From: a virus
Taxonomy: Duplodnaviria; Caudoviricetes
Reading direction: 5' to 3' (one strand)
DNA: 63,944 bases
Virus record (IMG/VR): IMGVR_UViG_3300048998_000126
Coordinates: 1-63,944 of that record
Each line of letters begins with the position of its first letter. Position 1 is the first letter of the stretch. Of this stretch, positions 26,404-35,600 are shown one piece after another. Both the position numbers and the translations under genes were made by a program. Under the pieces are notes generated by a model. That model worked only from the letters and a program-made list of their open reading frames with translations. It was not told the DNA's origin and ran no database searches.

Positions 26404-28287
26404 CTATCTCCCGAGCCGGCGCCCCGTTGCGCCAACATACCATTCTACATTGTCTACCTCGCCGTACGTAGCACCCACGATCTCCAGACGCATGTTCCAG
26501 AAGCGTGAGGCCAGCCCTTTGCCGGTCTTGACCTTGTATGTGCTTTTGTACTGCGCAGCCCGGTAGGTTACTTCGCGACCGTCATCGTCGCGAAGCCGGA
26601 CGAAGATCTGGCCGTCGGTGGCGAGGCCTACGTACAGGTTGTCGACGCGCTTTTTCATGGCGGTGTCGAAGTCTTCAGCCACGAAATCCACAATAGCGCT
26701 GATCAGCTCGCCGTTGTCCGACTCGCCCGTCAGTTCGTAAAGCCCGTCAGCGCGCAAACCGAACGAGCGCTGGCCAACCTGCACGAAGGACCTGAACCCG
26801 AAGTTATCGTACCGAGTGACGCCACCGGTGGCAGCGTTGGTTACGTACTGCACCAGGTCGCGGTTGACTTGGCTGAGGTCGTCGCCGATTCCCAGCCCAC
26901 TCTTAATCAGCATGTCGATGATGAAGGTGGCGTCAGCCGTATCTCCCAGCGCCAGAAACTCGGCCAGGTCCTCCTGAAAGACGAATACCAGCTCTACACT
27001 GGAACCGATTGTCATGCTCTCATTGAGAACGAAGAACACCGTTGGCTGGAAGAAATAGCCGTCAATAACCGCAAGCCCAGTGGCGGTGTCAGTTGTCAGA
27101 CTCGGCGGGACGCCGACGGCGTTGATCAGCAGCGGAGGCAGGCGGACCCGGCCCTCGCCGTATACGCCCTGAGACCCACGCAAAAGAAGTGGCAGCGACA
27201 CGCCACCTCCGCCGATTCCACCGGTCTTGCTGTCGCCCTGGGTGTAGAACGGGAGGGACACTTGCCCGCCCCCAACGTTGACCACAGGGAAGCCACCATA
27301 GGCCACCACACCGACCGGGGGCAGCTCTACCTTCCCTTGGCTGTACGCCGTGTTCGCGCCCAGCACGCTGAGACGCAAGCTTACGAGACCCTGTGCGATC
27401 CCGCGATCTTGACCAACTACCCCGGCTCGAGCAGTTCCGCGCAGCGAGTAGACGTCAAACGTGTTGGTCGAGGCGGTCGCCCGGGCGCCAGCGTACCCGT
27501 CGCCAGACAGCGAGACGACTTTAGCCAACGACGGCGAATCGACATAGTCGCCGGCCACATACATGCACGCCTGCAAACACTTACCACCGCTCGAAGGTTT
27601 GTCGCTCTGGTAGCTCCAGTCGTCAATCTCGTACGTTACTTTCGAGCCGTTGCGGGAGATACGTACCAACGGCGCGCTGTCCGGTGGCACCGGAGAGTTG
27701 GCGACCACCACTCCCGACTCGATGATCTGGTACTGGCCGACAGACGCATAAACGCCGTGCTCTACCGCCCCGATGTCTGTTGTTTTGGTACCGCCAGCGA
27801 GTCCGCACACGATACCCGTAGGCGTCGGCGGCAGCCGGAACTGAGCAACCATATCGCCAGGGAGCAGCACAGCGCTGCGCGCGCCAGAGGTCCAGCCGCG
27901 CTGGTTGTCCACGACGTACGAGGAGAGCTTGCCGGGGACTTCGGCGACCGCTGGGCTGCATACGGTCTGCTGGGTTGGGATCGACCGGACCGCGTAGAAG
28001 ATCACATACGAAGCGGTGTAGAACGAACCTTCGCCAGTCAGCACGCTGTCGCTCTTGCCGCCCACCGAAGTAAACCCCTGGATCAGGTTGGCGTTCTTTG
28101 CCAACGCCGTCTGCGCCGGCGTGAGCACCAGCTTGCCGTTCTTGTAGGTGGGGTTGAATACCTTACCCAGCTCCGTATAGACGACGGTGTTGTAGGTCGA
28201 GGTGTAGCAGCGGGCAGGCACACCCGGGACGAAAGTAACGCCCGGGGTGAACACTGCTTTCGAGGTTTTGGTGAGCCTGTTGGCCAT
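26404..28287 (-). CDS. Putative tail/virion structural protein
   Basis: 627-aa beta/Gly-rich ORF in the late arm. Confidence 0.7.
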   Translation of the reverse strand: MANRLTKTSKAVFTPGVTFVPGVPARCYTSTYNTVVYTELGKVFNPTYKNGKLVLTPAQTALAKNANLIQGFTSVGGKSDSVLTGEGSFYTASYVIFYAVRSIPTQQTVCSPAVAEVPGKLSSYVVDNQRGWTSGARSAVLLPGDMVAQFRLPPTPTGIVCGLAGGTKTTDIGAVEHGVYASVGQYQIIESGVVVANSPVPPDSAPLVRISRNGSKVTYEIDDWSYQSDKPSSGGKCLQACMYVAGDYVDSPSLAKVVSLSGDGYAGARATASTNTFDVYSLRGTARAGVVGQDRGIAQGLVSLRLSVLGANTAYSQGKVELPPVGVVAYGGFPVVNVGGGQVSLPFYTQGDSKTGGIGGGGVSLPLLLRGSQGVYGEGRVRLPPLLINAVGVPPSLTTDTATGLAVIDGYFFQPTVFFVLNESMTIGSSVELVFVFQEDLAEFLALGDTADATFIIDMLIKSGLGIGDDLSQVNRDLVQYVTNAATGGVTRYDNFGFRSFVQVGQRSFGLRADGLYELTGESDNGELISAIVDFVAEDFDTAMKKRVDNLYVGLATDGQIFVRLRDDDGREVTYRAAQYKSTYKVKTGKGLASRFWNMRLEIVGATYGEVDNVEWYVGATGRRLGR

Positions 28288-28301
28288 GTCGCCGCCCGGA
28301 G

Positions 28302-28748
28302 TTATACCGACGCTGGCAAGGCAACAACGAAGTAGTCCAAGGTCTGGACTGCCCCGGATACCAAGTCGACGCTGGAGAGGTTGATGTCGGCGCCGATAAC
28401 AGCCAGTGTGCCCTGCATACGCACCGCGGTGGTGGAGGCGGTGCCGTCGTCATTCGGAAGCTGCATGGACCACCAGCTGGCGGTGCCAGTGGTTACGTTG
28501 TTCCCGCGCCACGTCTGAGAGCTCGACTTTGCGAGCTGGCCGCCGGTAGCCGCCGCTTCCCAGTTCAGACCGCCGCCGCTGCCACCGTCACTGATCGTGC
28601 AAAGCAGCAGCGCGTCCTGCGGTTTGGCGGCGTCGGCAGAAGCCGGCATGGTACCGCTGTAGAAGTTGATCACGCAGTTCGCCAGCGCGGTCTTGAAAGG
28701 GCTGGCGGTAAGAATAGCGTTGCGCAGGCCGGTGCTGAGCTGGGTCAT
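28302..28748 (-). CDS. Putative virion/tail protein
   Basis: LSTGLRN...YSG..PASAD...GTASWW pattern seen in phage tail-associated proteins. Confidence 0.65.
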   Translation of the reverse strand: MTQLSTGLRNAILTASPFKTALANCVINFYSGTMPASADAAKPQDALLLCTISDGGSGGGLNWEAAATGGQLAKSSSQTWRGNNVTTGTASWWSMQLPNDDGTASTTAVRMQGTLAVIGADINLSSVDLVSGAVQTLDYFVVALPASV

Positions 28749-29125
28749 TACGAGGTAACTCCTTTAACAATCAGTTCACCGGTAGCGAACTGCACAACAC
28801 CGGCAGCGGCGACGGCGCGAGATGGGTTAAGTTGGACGGTCAGGAGGCAGTTACCACCGGACTGGGCGCTCCACAAACTGAAGTAAGCCACGGTGGCTGC
28901 GCCCGCCAGCCCGGGGTAGGTGATCGCCGCTGAGTTGCTGATCTGATAAACGCCGTCAGCGTCGCTGTCCGAAGGGCTGCCGAATGCTACGGCACGACGC
29001 ACGTAGTTGGCATCGATCAGTTCGTTTGAAGCGCCGTCGGCGCCTGGCGGCCCAGAGTGCAGCGCGACGTACAGGCCGCTGAACAAACCCAGCACCTGCA
29101 CCTGAAGATAGGGGGTCATGGCCAT
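28748..29125 (-). CDS. Putative tail-associated protein
   Basis: YVALH..P...NE....Y.R...ISN...I.Y...W.A..GGN.L pattern. Confidence 0.65.
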   Translation of the reverse strand: MAMTPYLQVQVLGLFSGLYVALHSGPPGADGASNELIDANYVRRAVAFGSPSDSDADGVYQISNSAAITYPGLAGAATVAYFSLWSAQSGGNCLLTVQLNPSRAVAAAGVVQFATGELIVKGVTS

Positions 29126-29134
29126 GGGTCAGTC

Positions 29135-29671
29135 TCAGTTCGTCGACACGAGCGTGATAGCCACACCCAGCTGACCGGTGTAGCCAGCGTCGATCTGGCG
29201 CGGGCTCGGGAAGCGAGCGATGGAGAGCAGGGTGCCGCTGTTGCCGCCCTTGGCCGCGCTGCTGACCAGAAAGCCGCCGTACAGGACTTTGGATTGAGTA
29301 AAGGAGAACTCAGCGCGGGCGGCCAGGTTGCTGATAACGCCTACGCCGTCGTAGTTCTTCTGCCACTCCGGGCGGGTGGCCTGACTGTAGGCCACGGTCT
29401 CTCCGGCGTTACCCGGCAGGTCTGCGGCGCTGGTGTTGCTGTCCGGGACGTAGTTGTTCTCGTACATGCCAACGAACCAGCTGCTGATAGGCGCCAGCTG
29501 GCCAAGCAGAGCAACGTTTGCGAAGTAGTCGATACCCGATTGGGGGATACGGTTCTGCGCCTCGGTCCAGCGGTCGTGGGTTACCAGCTCGCCGTCCGGG
29601 GTGAAGATGTCGAGGGTGTAGACGAAACCGCGTTTGATCAGCGTCTCGTGGATGGCGTCGGGGCGGCTCAT
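29135..29671 (-). CDS. Putative virion structural protein
   Basis: 178-aa ORF coupled to the upstream gene. Confidence 0.65.
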   Translation of the reverse strand: MSRPDAIHETLIKRGFVYTLDIFTPDGELVTHDRWTEAQNRIPQSGIDYFANVALLGQLAPISSWFVGMYENNYVPDSNTSAADLPGNAGETVAYSQATRPEWQKNYDGVGVISNLAARAEFSFTQSKVLYGGFLVSSAAKGGNSGTLLSIARFPSPRQIDAGYTGQLGVAITLVSTN

Positions 29672-30882
29672 GTGGGCACTATCTCCAGGTCGTAGAAGTC
29701 GCTGGCGGCGAGCGGGTTATCGCCCGTCGAGCGCATGGTCGTGACCACCAGCTGGTTACCGTTGTGCTCAAGCATACCAGACGCCCCCTGTTCCGCGGGG
29801 TCGGGCACGAAATTGTTCGCGCTGATAAGCTGGATCTTGCCTGATTCGTCTCCCACTGCCAAGCCGTAGCGGGTCATCCAGCACACGCGGTTGTCAGGCA
29901 AGCGCGCTGCGGTCCCAGCGACGGCGCCGTACGGCAGAAGTGTTTTCTGCTTCGGCGCATCGGTCTCGACGTCAGTTACCCAGTAGGTCTTGTCGGCGCA
30001 CACATACACACCGCCTGGACCAGCGGCGCCGTCTACCGAGACAACTACGTCGATGGCGGCGGGGTACTGGAAGAAAGAGGCGGCCAGCGTCAGCAGATGC
30101 GGGCGGAAGGGCAGCGTGAACCACAGCGTCTTGCCGGAGGCGGCGAGGATTACCCCGTTGGATTCTTCGAGGTGGTCAGCGACCAAGGGCGCGTTATGGT
30201 TGATCAGATCCAGACGCTGGGTGCTGTCGGTGATGGTACTGAGCAACGTGGGGCCTGAGCCCTCCGCTTGCAGGTAAAGAGTGCCGCTGTCACGAGGCCC
30301 CGCCCAGAGCCGAGTCGTACCGCCTGCGGGCGGGGCGGGCATGTCGATCACCACGCCGCCATTCGCCGGGATGTTCATCAGGATGGGGTTTACGGTGGCG
30401 CCTTCGTCTCCGGCGGCGTCGGTAAAGGTGCAGGCAAAAAGATACATGCCCGCCGCCAAGCCGCCGTTAGTGAGCTGGGGCAGCGGCTGTTGGTAAACGG
30501 TAGGGACGCCCCACGGACGAAGCGTGTTGCCGTCATACCGCAGCGTCTGGTTCTCGGTGCAGAAGAACAGCTCCTCGTTCCACACGGTACCGACTAGCCT
30601 ACCTGAGCCAGCGATCTGAGCCAGCACCTGCGTGCTGTCGGTGCGAACGTCGAACGCAACAAGATCGGTACCGTCTGCGTACAGGATCTGATCTTTTACG
30701 GTCAGCGCCCCACGCGCGCTGGCAGCCGTCGTGCGTCGGGTATAACCGGTGCGTAGACCCAGAACCCCGCCGCCCAGCGGGTCGACGTTGACGGCGTCGC
30801 GAAGGAATCCAGCAGGGACCGATTTGGAGTTGGCGCGGTTATCGATACCAACCCACTTATCCCGCTTCTGGAAGTCGCTCAC
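29668..30882 (-). CDS. Putative tail tubular/nozzle-like virion protein
   Basis: GTG at 30882 overlaps the endolysin stop; GIDN..LRDAVNVD..G..R.G N-terminus and beta-rich body. Confidence 0.6.
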   Translation of the reverse strand: MSDFQKRDKWVGIDNRANSKSVPAGFLRDAVNVDPLGGGVLGLRTGYTRRTTAASARGALTVKDQILYADGTDLVAFDVRTDSTQVLAQIAGSGRLVGTVWNEELFFCTENQTLRYDGNTLRPWGVPTVYQQPLPQLTNGGLAAGMYLFACTFTDAAGDEGATVNPILMNIPANGGVVIDMPAPPAGGTTRLWAGPRDSGTLYLQAEGSGPTLLSTITDSTQRLDLINHNAPLVADHLEESNGVILAASGKTLWFTLPFRPHLLTLAASFFQYPAAIDVVVSVDGAAGPGGVYVCADKTYWVTDVETDAPKQKTLLPYGAVAGTAARLPDNRVCWMTRYGLAVGDESGKIQLISANNFVPDPAEQGASGMLEHNGNQLVVTTMRSTGDNPLAASDFYDLEIVPT

Positions 30883-31517
30883 TGAATCACCAGCTGCGCT
30901 TTGATCCACAGGTCACGGCGCTCCTGCGCTCCCGCCATGCCTACGTTTACGACCTTGGTGATCCGATCAAACGATCCGCTGTCGGCCAGGCTGTTGCACC
31001 CGTTGAAACTCCAGAAGTCTCCAGCCGAGTAGCAGGCGCCTTCCGGCTGCTCGAGCAATTCGGGTTTGGCGAGCAGGTCCAACCCCATGCGAATGCCCGC
31101 GGCGCCGTAGTTGTTCTTCCCAGTCACCATGATCAGCCCGCGCCCGCGGTACTTGAAACCATCGCCGGACGACTCTGGGCCGTTACCCATTCGGTTGGCG
31201 TACGCGCGGTTGGCCATCTTCTCGCTGTTGCGCAGATACCCTTGCGCGAACTCGATCTCATCGGTGCTGATGACCTTGTCGTTGTCAGTGTCGAAGGCGG
31301 TGCGGAACAATTTAGCCGCGCGGGCTGCGTCGGTGTAGTAAAGGCTCTCGACGAACTTGGTCAGGCCCTGGGACTCAACACCCACCTGCGCCACAAACGC
31401 CCGTGCTCGAGTTACCGAGTTCACGTCGTAACGGTTCATGGAGAAGTTCAGCGGTTCGAGCAGCTTAGGGTCGGCTTTGGGGAACAGCGTTTTGAACTGG
31501 GTCGCGTTGATTTTCAT
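30879..31517 (-). CDS. Endolysin, glycoside hydrolase family 19
   Basis: F.AQ...ES, E.L.Y, YANRMGNG, GDGFKYRGRGLI..TGK.NY and ITKVVN.G motifs. Confidence 0.92.
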   Translation of the reverse strand: MKINATQFKTLFPKADPKLLEPLNFSMNRYDVNSVTRARAFVAQVGVESQGLTKFVESLYYTDAARAAKLFRTAFDTDNDKVISTDEIEFAQGYLRNSEKMANRAYANRMGNGPESSGDGFKYRGRGLIMVTGKNNYGAAGIRMGLDLLAKPELLEQPEGACYSAGDFWSFNGCNSLADSGSFDRITKVVNVGMAGAQERRDLWIKAQLVIQ

Positions 31518-31776
31518 TTAACTGGTCCTTGACCCACGTCTGTAGGTGCGTAAAGTCGGCCGCGCAGCGTCGCGCGATGTCGTTATTCATCGAGGCTATT
31601 GGCAGCAGCGCTGTGTCCAGCCCGGACGTGGCCATCTGATACGGCTGCACTGGCGTCAGCAGGCGCGGGTCCGGGTGCGGGAAGTCCGCCGGAGCAGGGC
31701 AAGCCGAGGCTTTTATTATAGGCGCACACCCAGTCATCAGGCATAGCACACTTACCATGAGCAGGATTCTGCACAT
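31465..31776 (-). CDS. o-spanin (Rz1-like lipoprotein), overlapping the i-spanin
   Basis: Signal MCRILLMVSVLCLMTGC with lipobox, Pro-rich body, alternate frame over the 3' half of Rz. Confidence 0.75.
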   Translation of the reverse strand: MCRILLMVSVLCLMTGCAPIIKASACPAPADFPHPDPRLLTPVQPYQMATSGLDTALLPIASMNNDIARRCAADFTHLQTWVKDQLNENQRDPVQNAVPQSRP

Positions 31777-32047
31777 ACTTGATGACCTCTTTTGTAACCG
31801 TCTGGGTGATGACCTGCTGCTTTGCCTGCTCAACGTCCTGTACGGCGGACGACGCTTCGGTAATGCTGCTGCGCTTGCGACGCAGCTCCTCCGCCGAAGC
31901 TTCGACCTGCGCGTTGGCTTCATCCAGCTTGAGCTGCACCTGCGCAGCGTCACGATCCGACACGACGCCGCGGGCTTCCCAGCCGCCCCATGCCAAACCG
32001 GCCGCGAGCGCTAGGACAATCAGGAATTTAACTGGGACGTCGGGCAT
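31583..32047 (-). CDS. i-spanin (Rz-like)
   Basis: N-terminal TM, coiled coil, TVTKEVIKYV and Cys residues; lies in the lysis cassette. Confidence 0.8.
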   Translation of the reverse strand: MPDVPVKFLIVLALAAGLAWGGWEARGVVSDRDAAQVQLKLDEANAQVEASAEELRRKRSSITEASSAVQDVEQAKQQVITQTVTKEVIKYVQNPAHGKCAMPDDWVCAYNKSLGLPCSGGLPAPGPAPADASAAVSDGHVRAGHSAAANSLDE

Positions 32048-32331
32048 ACTTTTCTATCCGTCAGGGCTTCGATATGGCCGGCGTAGAACATCGCATTCGA
32101 GAAGCTAAACGCCATGAGGAGAGAGTTGCCGTAGATCCCGCCGTGAATCTCCCACGGAGACGATCCCCACACCATGAGGTGGGCAACGATAGCCATCACA
32201 CTCAACGCCATCAGGGATGCTACAGCGGACTTGTCGCGTTCTGGGCACCCGCCCGGGCGCATAAAGAAGTGGTACGCCCGGTATACGACGACGATGTGCA
32301 GGAAGATGGTGAAGCCGATTATTACGCTCAT
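32020..32331 (-). CDS. Three-TM membrane protein (second holin/antiholin-like)
   Basis: Three hydrophobic segments; lies between the holin and spanin. Confidence 0.6.
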   Translation of the reverse strand: MSVIIGFTIFLHIVVVYRAYHFFMRPGGCPERDKSAVASLMALSVMAIVAHLMVWGSSPWEIHGGIYGNSLLMAFSFSNAMFYAGHIEALTDRKVCPTSQLNS

Positions 32332-32642
32332 GGAGTATCGCTCCCGGGTGCAATGCGATTATCCAGGTACTTCAAGACCTTAGCTTCGGCCACTCCCAGT
32401 ACCGGATATGCGCAAAACCCCAACATCATGACCCAGCCTGTCGCATTGACCGTGTCTGTTGGGATAAATCCGCCCATCGCCTTGCCCACAAAAAACGCTA
32501 TGAATAGGTTGGCGGTGAAGGTCATCCAGTGGAACCGGCGGTTCTTCACAACCATGATGTACACGTAACTGGCAGCGCCGCCGAACATGGCGAGCATGCC
32601 CAGCTTGATCCAGTCCAGCGCTTCGCGCAAGAAATGCTCCAT
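32328..32642 (-). CDS. Holin
   Basis: 104 aa with three TM segments; first gene of the lysis cassette. Confidence 0.75.
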   Translation of the reverse strand: MEHFLREALDWIKLGMLAMFGGAASYVYIMVVKNRRFHWMTFTANLFIAFFVGKAMGGFIPTDTVNATGWVMMLGFCAYPVLGVAEAKVLKYLDNRIAPGSDTP

Positions 32643-32675
32643 GGTGTGACAACTCCGGGTAGGTATGGTGCGATG

Positions 32676-35600
32676 CTACCACTTACCAATCGCCTCGAGT
32701 ATAGATTGCGATGGCGCGCGGCCACTCGCTACCCCGAATTGATCGGCGTTGCTCTGCGAACGGATGCGGTTGACCACTGCTCGTTTGATGTCGGAGCCTC
32801 TGATCGCCAGATCCGGGTACCTGGTATTGAACTCTTGAATCGCTTCGCGTGACTTGTCAGCTAGGTCCTGATCGCCCAGCGCGTGACCCACGGCCAGCTG
32901 ACCGAGGTAACGCTGGCGCAGGGTCTGGGCCGTTGCGTTCGCTTGGTAACCAGCACCGCGAAGTTCCTCCGCCTCCTTACGATCTCCGCTGCGCAGGCCC
33001 GCCGCGCCTAGCACGGTGTCCCAAACGCCCGGTTCGTAGTAGACGATCTGGCGGGAGTCCTTGGCACCAGTTGCCGCTTCGTATGTGGCCTTGTAGAAGT
33101 CACGGATTGGCGCCGGCAGCAGCCCTTTGGTGGCGCCAACCATGTCGCCTTCCATGAACTTGGTAGCGCCGCTGTACGCCCCGCCGAGCAAGCCAGCCCA
33201 CGGCCCGATGTTCTGCATCACGTAGTAGTTGAACGTGTCAGCCGGCTTGCCGTTGGTCGGAGCGTACTTACGGTCGCCCAGAATCGGGATCAAACCATCC
33301 GAACCGACGCGCTCCAGGTCGACCGCACCGGACAGCAGTCCGTGAGTCAGCCACTGCGGGTAGGCTCGCAGGAACTCGGTGCGCGAGTCCAGAAGGTCAT
33401 CGTCGTCGCGGAACATGTCCATGATGCCGAACACCAGCGGCGCCAACACCGTGCCAGCGGCGCCGGTCAGGGCGAGCTGCGTACCGAGCTGCCAGGCAAG
33501 CGCGCGGCGAGCGGTTTTCTTCTCCTCTGGCGTGGCGTCCTTGGCAACGAACCCATCGCGGATGTCCTTGGAGATCATGGCCAGCATGTTCAACCGGTAC
33601 TGCTGGAACTGGAAAATAGCCTTGCGCCATGGCCCCTGCATGATCGTCGGCTTGTTGTACTGGGCATAGTTAAACTGAGTGGTGTCGATGGCACGCTTGG
33701 TGGTGTCGGCGATGGACGCCAGCTCGGTCGCGCTGAGTGGGCCAGACTTACCGGCAGCGGCGCGCTTATCCAATTCCAGCCGGGCAGTGGCGAGGGAAAC
33801 GATCTGCCGGTTGATCTGCTCGGACTTGTGCATGGCGTAGCCGGTGATCTCCATGGCAGTGCGCCAGTGGCCCGACATAGCACCCGCTTCGCCGCGGGCC
33901 AGCCCTGCGACGTCGTGGGCGTAGGTCGCGTTCAGGTCGCCACGGACCCGCATCTCCTCCATGATCTTGTATTCGTTGCTGTTCGGGTCGAGGCTCGAGC
34001 CCTTGCCGAGCATGTCGCCCTTGGACTTCACCAACGCGCCCATCGCAGACTTGATTCCGCGCAGGGCCTGCCCGCTGCCGTAAGTACCGGCGAGGCGAGG
34101 CAGCGTGACCATGGCGGTCTGCATGCTGTTGACGAAGAACTGGCTCGGCGAGGTCATGAAGAACACGAACCCGCCTTGGGTCAGCAGGTCCGCCGTAGGG
34201 CTGCGTGTGAAGTCCTGCGAGGCCTGATGCTGGGCCTTGACCGCCTCGAGCACCCGCTGGGCCTTGGTGGTGTCCGTAGCGCCCGCGGTGCGTGCCTGAT
34301 CAGTCACTGACACCTGCATCTCCTGCATCTTGCTGGCGATCTGGTCGTCGAACTCGAGACTGGCGATGGAGCGGGCGGCTTTCATGCTGTAGTCGCTGTA
34401 CGCCCGCAGGGTATCGGTGGTGAACCCGGCGATCCCTTTGCGCTTGTTGGCGCTTGTGAGAAACGCTTGCTGCGGGAGGTTGGTCAGATAAGCTTCCACC
34501 AGCGCCTCGCGTACTTCCTTGCGCAGGTTCGTCCGGTCATCGCCCGGCAGAATACCGTCAGCCACCGACTCAAGCTGAGCGATGGTCTGCGGGTTGATGC
34601 CGTCGCGCTGCCAGTCGTGGCTGGTGCGCAGGGTCTGGTTGACCGCGTTGCCCGCGTTCTGCGGGTCAGCCGCCAGTTGCTTGGCTCGAGCGTCGGCCAG
34701 CGCCTTGGTGTCGAACCCTTCGAAGGACAGCAGGCTGCCATCCGCTCCGCGCACGCTGACCAGATAGTCGCCATAGCGTTGCAGCGGCGAGTAGGCGCCG
34801 TTCTTGATCTTGCCCAACGCGCTGTTGATGTTGTTGCCGAACGCCCGAGCGAACTCAGGCGAGCCGACGGCGTGACCGGTCGTACGCGCCAACATCTTTT
34901 GCAGCTCGGTGAACCGACGATTCCACGTGTAGCTGTAGGAGGCCTGGGCCTTCTTGAAGATCGCCTGGCCCTCCTCCCCCGCTGCACGGTAGAGCTTGCG
35001 TACCTGCTCGTGCGCTTCTTTGCGCTCGGCTTCGGTGAAGCTGGTCTCGTCGTAGTTGATCTTCGATTGCTGCTCGAACGACTCCTCAGGGTGCAGCCGG
35101 TACAGGGTGGCGTACTGGTTGAGGTTATCCAGTGCTTCGGCCTTGGCCGGCGACGTACGCTTGAACTTCTCCCATTCCTTGGTCAGATCCACCGAGGAGA
35201 TCTTCAGGTCGGTGGTCTCGTCGCGGTAACGCAGGGTCTCCGGCTGGGTCAGCAAACGGTTGGTGGTTGCTTCCTTCTGGTCCTTGAGTTTAACGAACGA
35301 GGTCAGACCCGGCAGGATCTTGTGGTACAGGCTTTCGATCTGATTCAACGGCACGGCGCTGAGCAGCGAACCAAAGGCCCCGCCGGTCTTGAACTGGTTG
35401 CCGACGTCTTTGAGGTAAGTTAGCGAGGCGGTACCGGCGTCTTTGGCGACGTCGTTCATGCTGCGCTTGGCGCCTGGGCCATCGCTCTCTGCGTCGCTAA
35501 TGATACGGTCGAGATCACCCAGCACACGGGAGAAACGAGCGTCGCCGGTCATACCTTGCTGCGGGTCAGCCAACATGTTGACCAGCCCTTGCAGGTGCGG

